DNA of 64,000 nt from Myxococcales bacterium. GTDB lineage: Bacteria; Myxococcota_A; Polyangia; Haliangiales; SHYZ01. Every line of letters starts with the position of its first letter. The first letter of the stretch is position 1. Location: positions 8,444 to 72,443 of the forward strand of contig SHYZ01000002.1 of assembly GCA_009692535.1 (NCBI GenBank), written 5' to 3'. Both the position numbers and the translations under genes were made by a program. Shown here piece after piece: positions 20,699 through 29,534 of the stretch. Under the pieces are notes generated by a model. That model made no database searches, was not told the origin of the DNA, and worked only from the letters and a program-made list of their open reading frames with translations.

Positions 20699-20856
20699 GA
20701 GCTTGCTGCGCAGCGATCCGGAGGCAGAAGGCGTCGATGACCTTGCGTGCGGGGGCGCCCGTTCACCGGGCAGTCGAGGTCGATATCGGCGGGGCGGCCT
20801 ACGCCAATTGAGGCGCCGGACGCGATTCCGCGGAGCCCGGGTCGGGCCGGCGCGCG

Positions 20857-21264
20857 TCAGTGCGGGCGGACCGGGATCGGGCGGGCGCTTTGGTCGACGG
20901 CGACGTAGACCACCTCCGCGCTGGTCACCTCGACCGTCTGGGTGCAGTCCGAAAAGCGTTCGGCCTCGACCCGGATCTGCACCGTGATCGACGTGTTGCC
21001 GACCTTCAGCACCCGCCCGAAGTAGGAGACCACATCGCCGACGTAGACCGGCGCGATGAACTTGACCTCTTTCATCGCGACCGTGACGAAGCGATGGCAG
21101 GCGTAGTGGCGCGCGATCGCGGCGCCGGCGAGGTCGATTTGCGACAGGATCACGCCGCCGAAGACAATGCCGCTGCCGTTGGTGTCGCGCGGTAGCAGGA
21201 TCGTGCGCAGCGCCAGGGATTCAGCTACTGCTGCGGGCAGCGATTCGGGCGACGATTCGGCCAT
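20857..21264 (-). CDS. Acyl-CoA thioesterase, hotdog fold (YciA-like)
   Basis: Motifs [26 protein letters not shown] and [23 protein letters not shown] 21264, with an alternative GTG at 21273. Confidence 0.75.
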   Translation of the reverse strand: MAESSPESLPAAVAESLALRTILLPRDTNGSGIVFGGVILSQIDLAGAAIARHYACHRFVTVAMKEVKFIAPVYVGDVVSYFGRVLKVGNTSITVQIRVEAERFSDCTQTVEVTSAEVVYVAVDQSARPIPVRPH

Positions 21265-21269
21265 CGGAT

Positions 21270-22043
21270 TCACTCGTGCGGGTGGACGTGCTCGTGGAAG
21301 AGGAACGCCGCCGCGGCGATGCCGACCATCAGGAGCGCGACCTTGGCGCCGCGGTCCTTGCGTCCGTGGAAGACCTCGGGCAGCAGTTCCCCGACCGCGA
21401 CGTACAGGAAGGTGCCGGCGGCCAGCCCTTCGGCGGGGGCCAGCATTTCATCCGGCATCCAGGAGGCGAACAGGCGTCCGATCGTGATGCCGACCGGTGA
21501 GACCAACGCGTAGGCGCCGAGCAGCAGGAGGACGCTGCGCCGCGTCATCTGCGAAAGCAGCAGCACCGAGACCAGCGAAAACGCCTCGGGTGCCTTGTGG
21601 GCGAGCGTTGCCGTCACCAACGGTTCGCGCATCGCCGGGTCGTCAAACGCGATGCCGATCCCGATCGCGCCGCCGAGCGTGTGGACCGAGAGCCCGACGA
21701 AGGTGGCGATGCCGACGACGCGGTGGCCGCCGTGGTGGGCGGGGTGCTCGTGCCCGTGGTCGTGCTCGTGCTGATGCTGGTTGGGATCGCCCTGACGCAG
21801 CAGGAGCTCGGCGAAGAAGACCGCGAGGAAGCCGCACAGCACGCACGCCCACATCGCGATCGAGTCGCTCTGGTGCGCTACTTCGGGCAGCAAGTGGAGG
21901 AACGTGACGCCGAGGAAGAAGCCGCTGGCGAGCGCGACGATGGCGTGCAGCACGCGCTCGTTGGGACGCAGCACCAGCGGAAGCACGCCGGCGCCCACGA
22001 CCAATGCGGAGATCGCCAGACCGACGGTCCACGGGGAATTCAT
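21270..22043 (-). CDS. ZIP family divalent metal (zinc) transporter
   Basis: Multi-TM protein with a His-rich loop [18 protein letters not shown] and the ZIP motif [16 protein letters not shown]. Confidence 0.8.
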   Translation of the reverse strand: MNSPWTVGLAISALVVGAGVLPLVLRPNERVLHAIVALASGFFLGVTFLHLLPEVAHQSDSIAMWACVLCGFLAVFFAELLLRQGDPNQHQHEHDHGHEHPAHHGGHRVVGIATFVGLSVHTLGGAIGIGIAFDDPAMREPLVTATLAHKAPEAFSLVSVLLLSQMTRRSVLLLLGAYALVSPVGITIGRLFASWMPDEMLAPAEGLAAGTFLYVAVGELLPEVFHGRKDRGAKVALLMVGIAAAAFLFHEHVHPHE

Positions 22044-22101
22044 CGGCGCGCATGAAAGCGGGAGGGGCGGGGCGAAGCAATCGCGCCACGCGCCGCAAGC
22101 G

Positions 22102-25100
22102 TCAGCGGGTCGGCGCCTCGGAACGCGAACCCCAGCGCGCCACCGCCTCGAGCAGCACCTGCGGGCGCACCGGTTTCGCCACGTAGTCGTTCATGCCGCA
22201 GTTGATCGCGATCTCGCGGTCGTCGACCAGCGCGTTCGCGGTGAGGGCGATGATCGGCACGTCGCAGCGCGGCGCGGGGAGTTCGCGGATCGCGCGCGTC
22301 GCGGCGAAACCATCCATGACCGGCATCTGGCAGTCCATCAGGACGACGTCGAACTCGGCTTCCTGCAGCTTCCGGAGCGCCTCGCGATCGTCACCCGCGA
22401 CGGTCACGACGTGGCCGACCTGGCGCAAGATCGCGCAGGCGACCTTTTGGTTCACCGGATTGTCCTCGACCAGCAGGAGCTTCAGCGAGCGCGGCGCGGA
22501 ATCCGGCACCGACGGCCGGGCCGACTCCAGACGCGCGATCGTCCGGCGATCCGCTGCCGCGACCAGCGCCGCCTGCAACTGCGCGTCGCGGCACGGTTTG
22601 GTCAGCCATCCGCTGAAGCCGGCCGCCTTCGCCTGCGCGATCTCGTTCAACGCGCCCAGCGACGAAAAGAGCAGCAACTCCGGCGCCGCGGTGCCGCACG
22701 CCTCGCCCATGCGCCGCGCCAGTTCGATCCCGTCCATCCCCGGCATGTGGTAGTCGATCAGCGCCACGCGGAAGCGCGGCGAGTCGGGCGCGTTGAGCAG
22801 CTCGAGCGCCGCCGCTCCGCTCGCGACCGTCGTCGGACGGCAGCCCCACGCCGCGAGGCGATGCTCGAGGATGCGGCGGTTGTTCTCGTTGTCGTCGACG
22901 ACCAGGATCCGCGAGTCGCGCAGGACCGCCTGATCGCGCGCGGGCAGCGGCTTGCTGGCGGCGACGACCTTGCACGGCAGCTCGAACGAAAACGTCGACC
23001 CGACGCCTTCGCGCGACTCGACGGCGATCGTCCCGCCCATCAGCTCGACCAGCTGCTTGCTGATCGCGAGCCCGAGGCCGGTGCCGCCGAACTGTCGGGT
23101 CGTCGAGGCGTCGACCTGCATGAAAGGCTTGAACAGCCGGTCGATCCGATCGCTCGGGATGCCGATGCCGCTGTCGCGACAGGCGAAGCGGAGCATGCAA
23201 CGGCCGTCCTCGAGCGGGCGCGCGCGGAGGCTGATCTCCACGTCGCCGCCTGGCCGCGTGAACTTGCAGGCGTTCCCGACCAGGTTCACCAGGACCTGGC
23301 GGATGCGGTTCGGGTCGCCGAGGACGCGAGTCGGCAGGTCAGCAGAGGTGTCGGCCAGCAGCTCGACGCCGCCCTCCACCGCCTTCGAGGTGACGATGTC
23401 GAGGACCTCGCTGATCACGCCTTGCGGGTCGAACTCGACCGCCTCGAACTCGATCCGCCCGGCCTCGATCTTCGAAAGATCGAGGATCCCGTTCAGCCGG
23501 TCGAGCAGGGCCTCGGAGCAGGTGCGGACCGTGCGCGCGAACTCGATCTGCTCGGGGTCGAGCTTGGTGTCGAGCAGCAGGCCGGTCATCCCGATGATCC
23601 CGTTCATCGGGGTCCGGATCTCGTGGCTCATGTTCGCCAGGAAGTGGCTCTTCGACTTGGCCGCATCCTCGGCGTCGCGCCGCGCCTTGTCCAGCAGCTC
23701 CATCGCCGGATGGCTCGCGCTGATGTCGCGGGTGACCAGGATCGTGAAGCTGGTGTCATCGACGACGCACTCCGTGCGCGCGATCTCGAGGTCGAGCCGG
23801 CTGCCGTCGAGCGCGCCTGCCGCGAGCCCGACGCGGAAGAGGCCGTTCTTGCGCTGCTCGCGGCGCGGGTGCAGTTCAAGGAACTCGTCGAGAACCTGCA
23901 ACGCTGGCTCGAACTGGCCGGCGCGGTAGAGCGACTCGCCGACCAAGGCACTCTTCGGGAAGCGTTCGATGATGTCGACGAAGAACGGCAGCGCGTCGGT
24001 GAAACGCTGCTGCTGGAAGCGCGCCCAGCCCGACTTGTAGAGCGCTGCGTCAGCGACTGGCGAGTCGTCGCCGCTCGCCTTCGCGTAGTGGGTGAGGGCG
24101 CCGTCGAAATCGCCCTTCGCGTACGCCTGCTCGCCCAACTCGAAGGCCGCCTGCGCCGCGAGCGGCCCACCGCCGCGACCGTTCGCCACGCTGGTCAGCA
24201 GCACGTTCGACTCCGTGACGTCGCCGGCCGCCTGCAGTGAAAGTGCGCGCTGGTAGACCAGCCGATCGCGGCCGGCCGCCTTCGCCAAGCGCTTCAGCGC
24301 ATCGCCAAGCAACTCCGCCGCGCCGCGCGAGTCGTCGCCCTCTTCGAGCGTGAGCGCCGCGACCAGCGCGACCTCGACCGCCCGCTCGTCCTGCGGGAAC
24401 TCGGTCTGCAGCGCGTTCCAATGGCGCGCCGCGTCGCCATGGCGATCGAGCTTGAACGCGCACCAGCCAGCGCGTGACAGCGCTCGTGGTCGGAGCGTGG
24501 CCTCACCTGCGGTCGCCGCCACCGGTTCGAAGGCGGCGAGCGCCTCCTGCCACTGCTGTTGCGCGAAGAGCGCCTCGCCGAGCACCAGGTTCGTGCCGGC
24601 GCCATGGCGCCCGCTGCCAAACCGCTTCAACGCTTCGCGCGCGAGTTGTGCAGCGCCTGCGTGATCGCCGCTGTTCAGCGCCGCGACTGCCGCCGAGTAG
24701 GCCGCGTCCTCGCTGCTGCCGCCCGCCGCCGCGTAGGCGAGCTTCGCCGCCTCGAATTCGCCGGCATCAAAGAGCGCGTCAGCGCGCGCCAACTGCAACC
24801 GGCCCAACAGTTCTGCGGCCGGCTTGGTCGCGAGGCCGCGTTCGAAGCACGCGATCGCCGGCTTCGGGCCGCCGCGCCGCCGCTCGACCGTCCCGCGCCA
24901 CCACCACGCCTCGCCTGCGAGCGGGTCGGCACCGCTGTCAGCAGTCGATCGAGCACCGCCGCCGCCTCGTCGTCGCGTCCCGCCTTCTGCAGATGGATGC
25001 CTGCGTGGAGCCGCGCCTCGGCGAGCAGGGGGCTGTCGGGCACCGCCTGTTCGAGCCGCAGGAACCACTGCGCCGCGCGCGCATCGTCCTTCTGGCCCGC

Positions 25101-25224
25101 GCGGGCGAAGCCGCCTGCCGACAGCGCGTCGTCGAACCACTCGCCCGGCGTGACCTTCTGAAACGCCTGCAACGCCTCGGCCGGCTGGTCCTGCTTCATG
25201 CGGCACTCGCCGAGCAGGAACCAC
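22102..25224 (-). CDS. Hybrid sensor histidine kinase (HisKA, HATPase_c, two receiver domains) whose ORF runs upstream into TPR repeats without a stop
   Basis: Motifs SHFLANMSHEIRTPMNG (H-box), GGTGLGLAISKQLVELMGG, ILVVDDNENNR..DYHMPGMDG and LLLVEDNPVNQ..DCQMPVMDG..KP. The upstream half is TPR-like (YAKGDFDGALTHYAKA). Confidence 0.8.
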   Translation of the reverse strand: MVPARRVPHEAGPAGRGVAGVSEGHAGRVVRRRAVGRRLRPRGPEGRCARGAVVPAARTGGARQPPARRGAAPRRHPSAEGGTRRRGGGGARSTADSGADPLAGEAWWWRGTVERRRGGPKPAIACFERGLATKPAAELLGRLQLARADALFDAGEFEAAKLAYAAAGGSSEDAAYSAAVAALNSGDHAGAAQLAREALKRFGSGRHGAGTNLVLGEALFAQQQWQEALAAFEPVAATAGEATLRPRALSRAGWCAFKLDRHGDAARHWNALQTEFPQDERAVEVALVAALTLEEGDDSRGAAELLGDALKRLAKAAGRDRLVYQRALSLQAAGDVTESNVLLTSVANGRGGGPLAAQAAFELGEQAYAKGDFDGALTHYAKASGDDSPVADAALYKSGWARFQQQRFTDALPFFVDIIERFPKSALVGESLYRAGQFEPALQVLDEFLELHPRREQRKNGLFRVGLAAGALDGSRLDLEIARTECVVDDTSFTILVTRDISASHPAMELLDKARRDAEDAAKSKSHFLANMSHEIRTPMNGIIGMTGLLLDTKLDPEQIEFARTVRTCSEALLDRLNGILDLSKIEAGRIEFEAVEFDPQGVISEVLDIVTSKAVEGGVELLADTSADLPTRVLGDPNRIRQVLVNLVGNACKFTRPGGDVEISLRARPLEDGRCMLRFACRDSGIGIPSDRIDRLFKPFMQVDASTTRQFGGTGLGLAISKQLVELMGGTIAVESREGVGSTFSFELPCKVVAASKPLPARDQAVLRDSRILVVDDNENNRRILEHRLAAWGCRPTTVASGAAALELLNAPDSPRFRVALIDYHMPGMDGIELARRMGEACGTAAPELLLFSSLGALNEIAQAKAAGFSGWLTKPCRDAQLQAALVAAADRRTIARLESARPSVPDSAPRSLKLLLVEDNPVNQKVACAILRQVGHVVTVAGDDREALRKLQEAEFDVVLMDCQMPVMDGFAATRAIRELPAPRCDVPIIALTANALVDDREIAINCGMNDYVAKPVRPQVLLEAVARWGSRSEAPTR

Positions 25225-25880
25225 GCTTCACCGGCGGCGCTGTCTTGCGCGTGACGCTTGAGCCAGAGCTGCAGCGCGTCGCCGGCCAACGCGAACTCAC
25301 CGGCCTTGTAGTGCGCCCAGCCGAGGCCGTGCAGCCCGCTCTTCGCGTACTCGGCGTCCTTGCGGTCGGCCGCCTTGCCGTACGCCTTCCCCGCCGCGGC
25401 GAAGGCACCGGCGCGGAAGTGCGCCTCGCCCGCATTGAAGGCGGCGGCCGGCGCGAGGTAGTGGTCGCCGCCGGCGATCGCGTCGAAGCGGCGCGCGGCG
25501 ACCGCGAAGTCCTGCCGATCGAGCGCGCACTGAGCCAGCCGGAAGCTCACTTCGACCGCGTAGGGAAACTCGGCCGGCGTGGGCTCGAGCTTCGCGAGCT
25601 CCACCTCCGCTTCCTTCGCCCGCGCGTAGTTCGGCCGCTCCTTCAAGAACTTCGTCGCCTCGACGACGGCTTGATCGTGGAAGCCCTTCTCGAACAGGCC
25701 CGCGATGAAGTTGTAGGCGTCGTTCGCGGTGGCGTCGTTCGCAGCGGCATCTCGGCGAGGCGGAGCGGCTTGCGGTGTTTGCGGCAATGCGACGAGGCAG
25801 GGCGAGGCAGCCAGAGCCCGGGAATCGGCGGCGCCGACGAGCGCCGCGATCCCGAGCCACGTCGGGCGACGGCGAGCCAT
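24675..25880 (-). pseudogene. Signal peptide plus TPR-repeat N-terminal fragment, out of frame with ORF 22102-25224 (apparent 1-nt deletion near 24935-24950)
   Basis: ATG 25880 follows GGAAGGAAGG. Leader MARRRPTWLGIAALVGAADSRALA. TPR-like sequence runs up to ...DEAAAVLDRLLTA, then an Arg-rich tail. Sensible sequence resumes in the other frame as DSGADPLAGEAWWW... Confidence 0.6.
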
Positions 25881-26077
25881 GACCTTCCTTCCATGCAGCG
25901 CGAACGAATCGATGGATTGCCGGCGCCGATCCGACGGACCGCGCTCTCTCCCGCAGCCGCCCCGCTGCGCGAAACCGTCGACGCTCCTCTGCACGACGAG
26001 GAGGCGCCCAAGTTGCGCGCGTACCACGACGTCGAGGCGGCGGTTCCTACGCCGAATGCGATGCAGTGTTGGGACAC

Positions 26078-26097
26078 TCTCCTAAGAACTTAGGAGA
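26078..26097. promoter_or_regulatory. 20-bp AT-rich palindrome TCTCCTAAG-AA-CTTAGGAGA in the lpxD / TPR-kinase intergenic region
   Basis: Two perfect 9-bp inverted arms separated by 2 nt. Conspicuously AT-rich in a GC-rich spacer, about 200 bp upstream of ATG 25880. Confidence 0.35.
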
Positions 26098-26216
26098 TCG
26101 ACCTTGCCGTTCTCATCGATGCGGATTCACGGCTCGCGTCGTTCGCTCTTTGGACGCGAGCGAAGCGCGAACGGACGACGGAAACTTCAATGCTGTCTGG
26201 GCGCGCTTTGCCGCCG

Positions 26217-27290
26217 TCAGCTCGCGCCGGACCGCGCTTTCTCGAGCGCTGCGATCCGCTCTTCGAGCTTGGCGATGGTCTTCAGCGCCTCGGGGAGTCT
26301 CTCCGACGCGACCATCTCGCGCAGTGCCTGGCGGTGGGGGCGGGCCCAGAAGCCGAAGTAGTCGCCCGGCTCGGTGATGCTGCTGGCGATGCCGGAGCGG
26401 GCGCCGAAGCGGCTGTTGCTCGCCACCTTCACGTGGTCGGCGATGCCGGTCTGGCCGCCCATGAGGCAGTTCTCGCCGATCTCGCTCGAGCCGGCGACGC
26501 CGGTCAGGCCGGCGAGGATCGTGCGTGCGCCGACGCTGACGTTGTGGCCCAGGTGGACCTTGCTGTCGAGCTTCACGTCATCCGCGACGCGCGTCTCCCC
26601 GAAGCGCGCGCGGTCGATGGTCACGTGGTTGCCGACGTCGACGCGGTGGCCGACGATGACGCGTCCGATGTGGCGCAGGCGGACGGGGCCGGTCGGTCCG
26701 AAGCCGAAGCCGAAACCCTCGCCGCCGACGACCGCGCCGTGGCCGATGACACAGTCGTCGCCGATCGTCGCGCAGGCGCAGATCACGGCGTGCGAATGGA
26801 TGCGGCCGCGTGCGCCGACGACCGCGTCGGCTTCGACGACGGCATGCGGGTAGAGCCGGGTGCCGGCACCGATGCGGGCGCGCGGACCGACGACGGCGCA
26901 GGCGCCGATCGCCACGCCTTCGCCGAGGATCGCGGTCGCATCGACCACAGCGTTCGGGTGCTGGCCCGTCTCATTCCACGGTGATGGCCAGAGCCCGAGC
27001 TCGTCGATGACACGGTTCTGCGCGATCTGCGGCATCGGCGTCACGATCAGCCGCTTGCCCGTCAGCTCCGCCGCCAGCTTCGGCGGACAGAGCAGCGCCG
27101 CCGCCCCCGACGCCTTCGCCGCCTCGAGGAAGCGCTTGTCATCGAGCGCCGCGATTTCGTTCGACCCCGCCGACTCGATCGGCCCGACGCCGTCGATGAC
27201 GACCCCCGCAGCACCGTCATCACCCTGCAACCGCCCTTGCACCAGCGCAGCAACCTGCGCCAACGTCAGCTGAACCTTGCGCTGCGCCAT
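26217..27290 (-). CDS. lpxD: UDP-3-O-(3-hydroxyacyl)glucosamine N-acyltransferase
   Basis: N-terminus MAQRKVQLTLAQVAALVQGRL. Hexapeptide-repeat left-handed beta-helix (GVAIGACAVVG.., IGDDCVIGHGAVVG, VGNHVTIDR). C-terminal helical tail. About 357 aa. Confidence 0.85.
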   Translation of the reverse strand: MAQRKVQLTLAQVAALVQGRLQGDDGAAGVVIDGVGPIESAGSNEIAALDDKRFLEAAKASGAAALLCPPKLAAELTGKRLIVTPMPQIAQNRVIDELGLWPSPWNETGQHPNAVVDATAILGEGVAIGACAVVGPRARIGAGTRLYPHAVVEADAVVGARGRIHSHAVICACATIGDDCVIGHGAVVGGEGFGFGFGPTGPVRLRHIGRVIVGHRVDVGNHVTIDRARFGETRVADDVKLDSKVHLGHNVSVGARTILAGLTGVAGSSEIGENCLMGGQTGIADHVKVASNSRFGARSGIASSITEPGDYFGFWARPHRQALREMVASERLPEALKTIAKLEERIAALEKARSGAS

Positions 27291-27354
27291 CGACTGCCCT
27301 CCCATGAGGGGGCGCATTCTGCCGCGCCCGCCGCCGATGCGGGCGCGCGGTCGG

Positions 27355-29484
27355 TCAGCGTGCGGTACTGGCTGCGACGACGTCGTCGCCATCGCCGGCG
27401 ACGCCGTTGGGTCCGGCCGATCGGATCGCGATCGCGCCGCCGGTGATCTCGAGCGTGAAGGGCCGGCGCCAGGGATCCCACAACGCCGCGCGGTCGGCGA
27501 CATAGCCCGGCGCGGCGCCGCTCGGAAGGAGTTCGTCCAGCGTTGTCGGGGGCCGGCCGCGTGCAGCGACGCAGGACTCGACGGCGACCACCAGCCGACG
27601 CGCGGCGACGCGGGTCCGCTTGAGCGCGAGGTCGGGCTCGATGAGGCGCAGCAGCCCCTGCGAGCCAGCGCGGTTCTGGAGGCGCGTCAACAGCGTCGTG
27701 ATGCGATCGAGCGACGCCACCGCGTCCTCGTCCGGGAGCGTGCGCACCCGGCCGAGCAACGGCCGGGTGGCGGCGATCGCCAGCTCGCGATCGAGCGGGG
27801 CCAGCGCCGTCAGTTCCTCGATGCGCGTGACCGCCTCGCTCAAGTTGGCAACGTCGGGGCAGGCGGCGATCGCCTTCGACAGCGCCGCCACCGCCGACTC
27901 CCGCAGCGTGGTCCGCGCCGCTGCGTGCTCGTCCGTGTTCGCCAGCGCGAGTCCGGCGAGGCAACGCGCGACGCGCGAACGGTCGAAGCTCGCGAGCGCG
28001 GCGGGGAGCTGCGCGAAGGCGTCCTCCACCTGGGCGCGACGATCAGTCTCGCGCTGCGCCGCAACGCGCAGCATCTCAGCCTCGCGCTCCGCCTGCAGCT
28101 GCTGCATCTCCAATCGCCTGGCGAGTTCGGCGATCCGCTCCTGGTCCATTCGTTCATTTTCCGCCGCGACGCGCGCCTCCTCTGCGAGCTGGCGCTGCGA
28201 CTTCAGGCCAACCCGGCTGCCGACCCGCTCCTTCGCGGCCTCGGCGAAGTTGGGATGGGCGGCCTCTGCCGACAGCAGTGCCTCGCGCACTCGCCGCGCG
28301 ATCCGTGCGTGTGTCCGGAAGCGCCCTTCCGTGACGAGCTGCTCCAACAACGGCAACTGCTGTCGATCGACGGCGTAGCACGCATAGCCGGCGACGGCGA
28401 CGTCGATGACATCGGGCAGGTCGCCGAAGGTGCGTTGATCAATGGCGGCGAGGAGATTGATCTTGAGGCCGGCCGTCGCCAGGTCGGGCGTGTCGGCGAG
28501 GACCGCGACGAGGTCGACGACGCTTGCGCCGGCGTCGCGCGCCAGTTCGAACAGCTGTAGGAACCGCTCGCCCTCGGCTGAGTCGCCGGCTGCAATGTGC
28601 CGCAGGAACCAGTCGCGCAGCGCCGCCGACGTGGCGGCGGACAGCACCGGCGCCACCTGCTCGCGGCGCGGCCGAATCAGGCGATTGAACGCCGCCGGCA
28701 GCGCCGCCGAAGACACATTCGAGTCCGCCAGCAGCGCCAGCAGCTCCGCGGTGAGTTCGGCCTCGGCCACCGCCGGCCGCCCATTCGACAAGCCAAGCAG
28801 CGGCCCGAACTGGTCGATGACCGCGATCGCGAAGTCACTCTTCCGTTGCCGCAAAGCCTCTTCGCGCGCGCGCAGCGCGAGTGCGTCCCGGCAACGGAAC
28901 CCGTCGTCGCGCAGCAGTTGCGCGACCACGTCGAGCTGCTGGGTCTGGAAGGCGTAGACGACGTAGCGCGGCAGGAGCTGGCGCACCTCGTCGGAGACGA
29001 CGCCCCAGGTCTCCTGCTCCAGCAGGACGAGCAGTGCGAGTTTCGCTGGCACGGTGGCGTGATCCTGGTGGTCGAACAGCAGCGCGACCAGCTCGCGTGC
29101 GTCGTCGTCGACTCGCTCGATCGAGTCGCCGGCGGCCGCCGTCGCCGCATCGAGGGCGACGCGGAACAAGCCGACGAAGACCTGCTGTTCGACCTCCGCG
29201 CCAGCGACGATCCGTTCGGTGAACCAAGTGCGCAGCGCCAGCTTGGTTGCGGCAGGAAGCGTCCCCTTCACCACGTCCCAGCGCGGCCGGAACGCCAAGT
29301 TGAATCCAGCGGCGACGTCGGCCGCACTCCGCGCGATCTCCGCGATCGCGAGGATCTCCTCGGTGATCGTCGCGTCGCCCGCGACATCCTGCGCCGCTGC
29401 TGCTGGCGCCTCCTGACCGTGCAGCTGAGCAGCGAGCGACTGGCCCGCGACGATCGCGCCGGCAAGCGAGACGAAGAGCTTCAT
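27355..29484 (-). CDS. Secreted alpha-helical protein with internal duplication, coiled coil and C-terminal GspG-like (T2SS pseudopilin globular) domain
   Basis: ATG 29484 gives the Sec-type leader MKLFVSLAGAIVAGQSLAAQ. The C-terminus RGRPPTTLDELLP..ALWDPWRRPFTLEITGGAIAIRSAGPNGVAGDGDDVV resembles the GspG DPWG..Y..S.G.DG...DD motif. Confidence 0.6.
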   Translation of the reverse strand: MKLFVSLAGAIVAGQSLAAQLHGQEAPAAAAQDVAGDATITEEILAIAEIARSAADVAAGFNLAFRPRWDVVKGTLPAATKLALRTWFTERIVAGAEVEQQVFVGLFRVALDAATAAAGDSIERVDDDARELVALLFDHQDHATVPAKLALLVLLEQETWGVVSDEVRQLLPRYVVYAFQTQQLDVVAQLLRDDGFRCRDALALRAREEALRQRKSDFAIAVIDQFGPLLGLSNGRPAVAEAELTAELLALLADSNVSSAALPAAFNRLIRPRREQVAPVLSAATSAALRDWFLRHIAAGDSAEGERFLQLFELARDAGASVVDLVAVLADTPDLATAGLKINLLAAIDQRTFGDLPDVIDVAVAGYACYAVDRQQLPLLEQLVTEGRFRTHARIARRVREALLSAEAAHPNFAEAAKERVGSRVGLKSQRQLAEEARVAAENERMDQERIAELARRLEMQQLQAEREAEMLRVAAQRETDRRAQVEDAFAQLPAALASFDRSRVARCLAGLALANTDEHAAARTTLRESAVAALSKAIAACPDVANLSEAVTRIEELTALAPLDRELAIAATRPLLGRVRTLPDEDAVASLDRITTLLTRLQNRAGSQGLLRLIEPDLALKRTRVAARRLVVAVESCVAARGRPPTTLDELLPSGAAPGYVADRAALWDPWRRPFTLEITGGAIAIRSAGPNGVAGDGDDVVAASTAR
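28270..28689 (-). repeat. Second copy of a protein-level tandem duplication inside CDS 27355-29484
   Basis: FNRLIRPRREQVAPVLSAATSAALRDWF...QQLPLLEQLVTEGRFR...REAL aligns with the first copy. Confidence 0.6.
28849..29304 (-). repeat. First copy of a protein-level tandem duplication inside CDS 27355-29484
   Basis: FNLAFRPRWDVVKGTLPAATKLALRTWF...QQLDVVAQLLRDDGFR...REEAL. Shared pattern FN..RPR...L.AAT..ALR.WF..I.AG...LF..A.DA. Confidence 0.6.
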
Positions 29485-29534
29485 GGCGTCCTCACAGTCG
29501 GATTCAGGATCGGAGAGAGTCCGTCGTTGGTCAG

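Noticed and set aside
21904-24240. 778-aa plus-strand ORF. Comparable long ORFs lie at 7811-9949 (-), 4650-6707 (-), 55280-57580 (-), 44013-46445 (+) and 18458-20740 (+)
   Set aside because: All are antisense to genes with strong motif support, all are Arg-rich, and none shows a recognisable domain.
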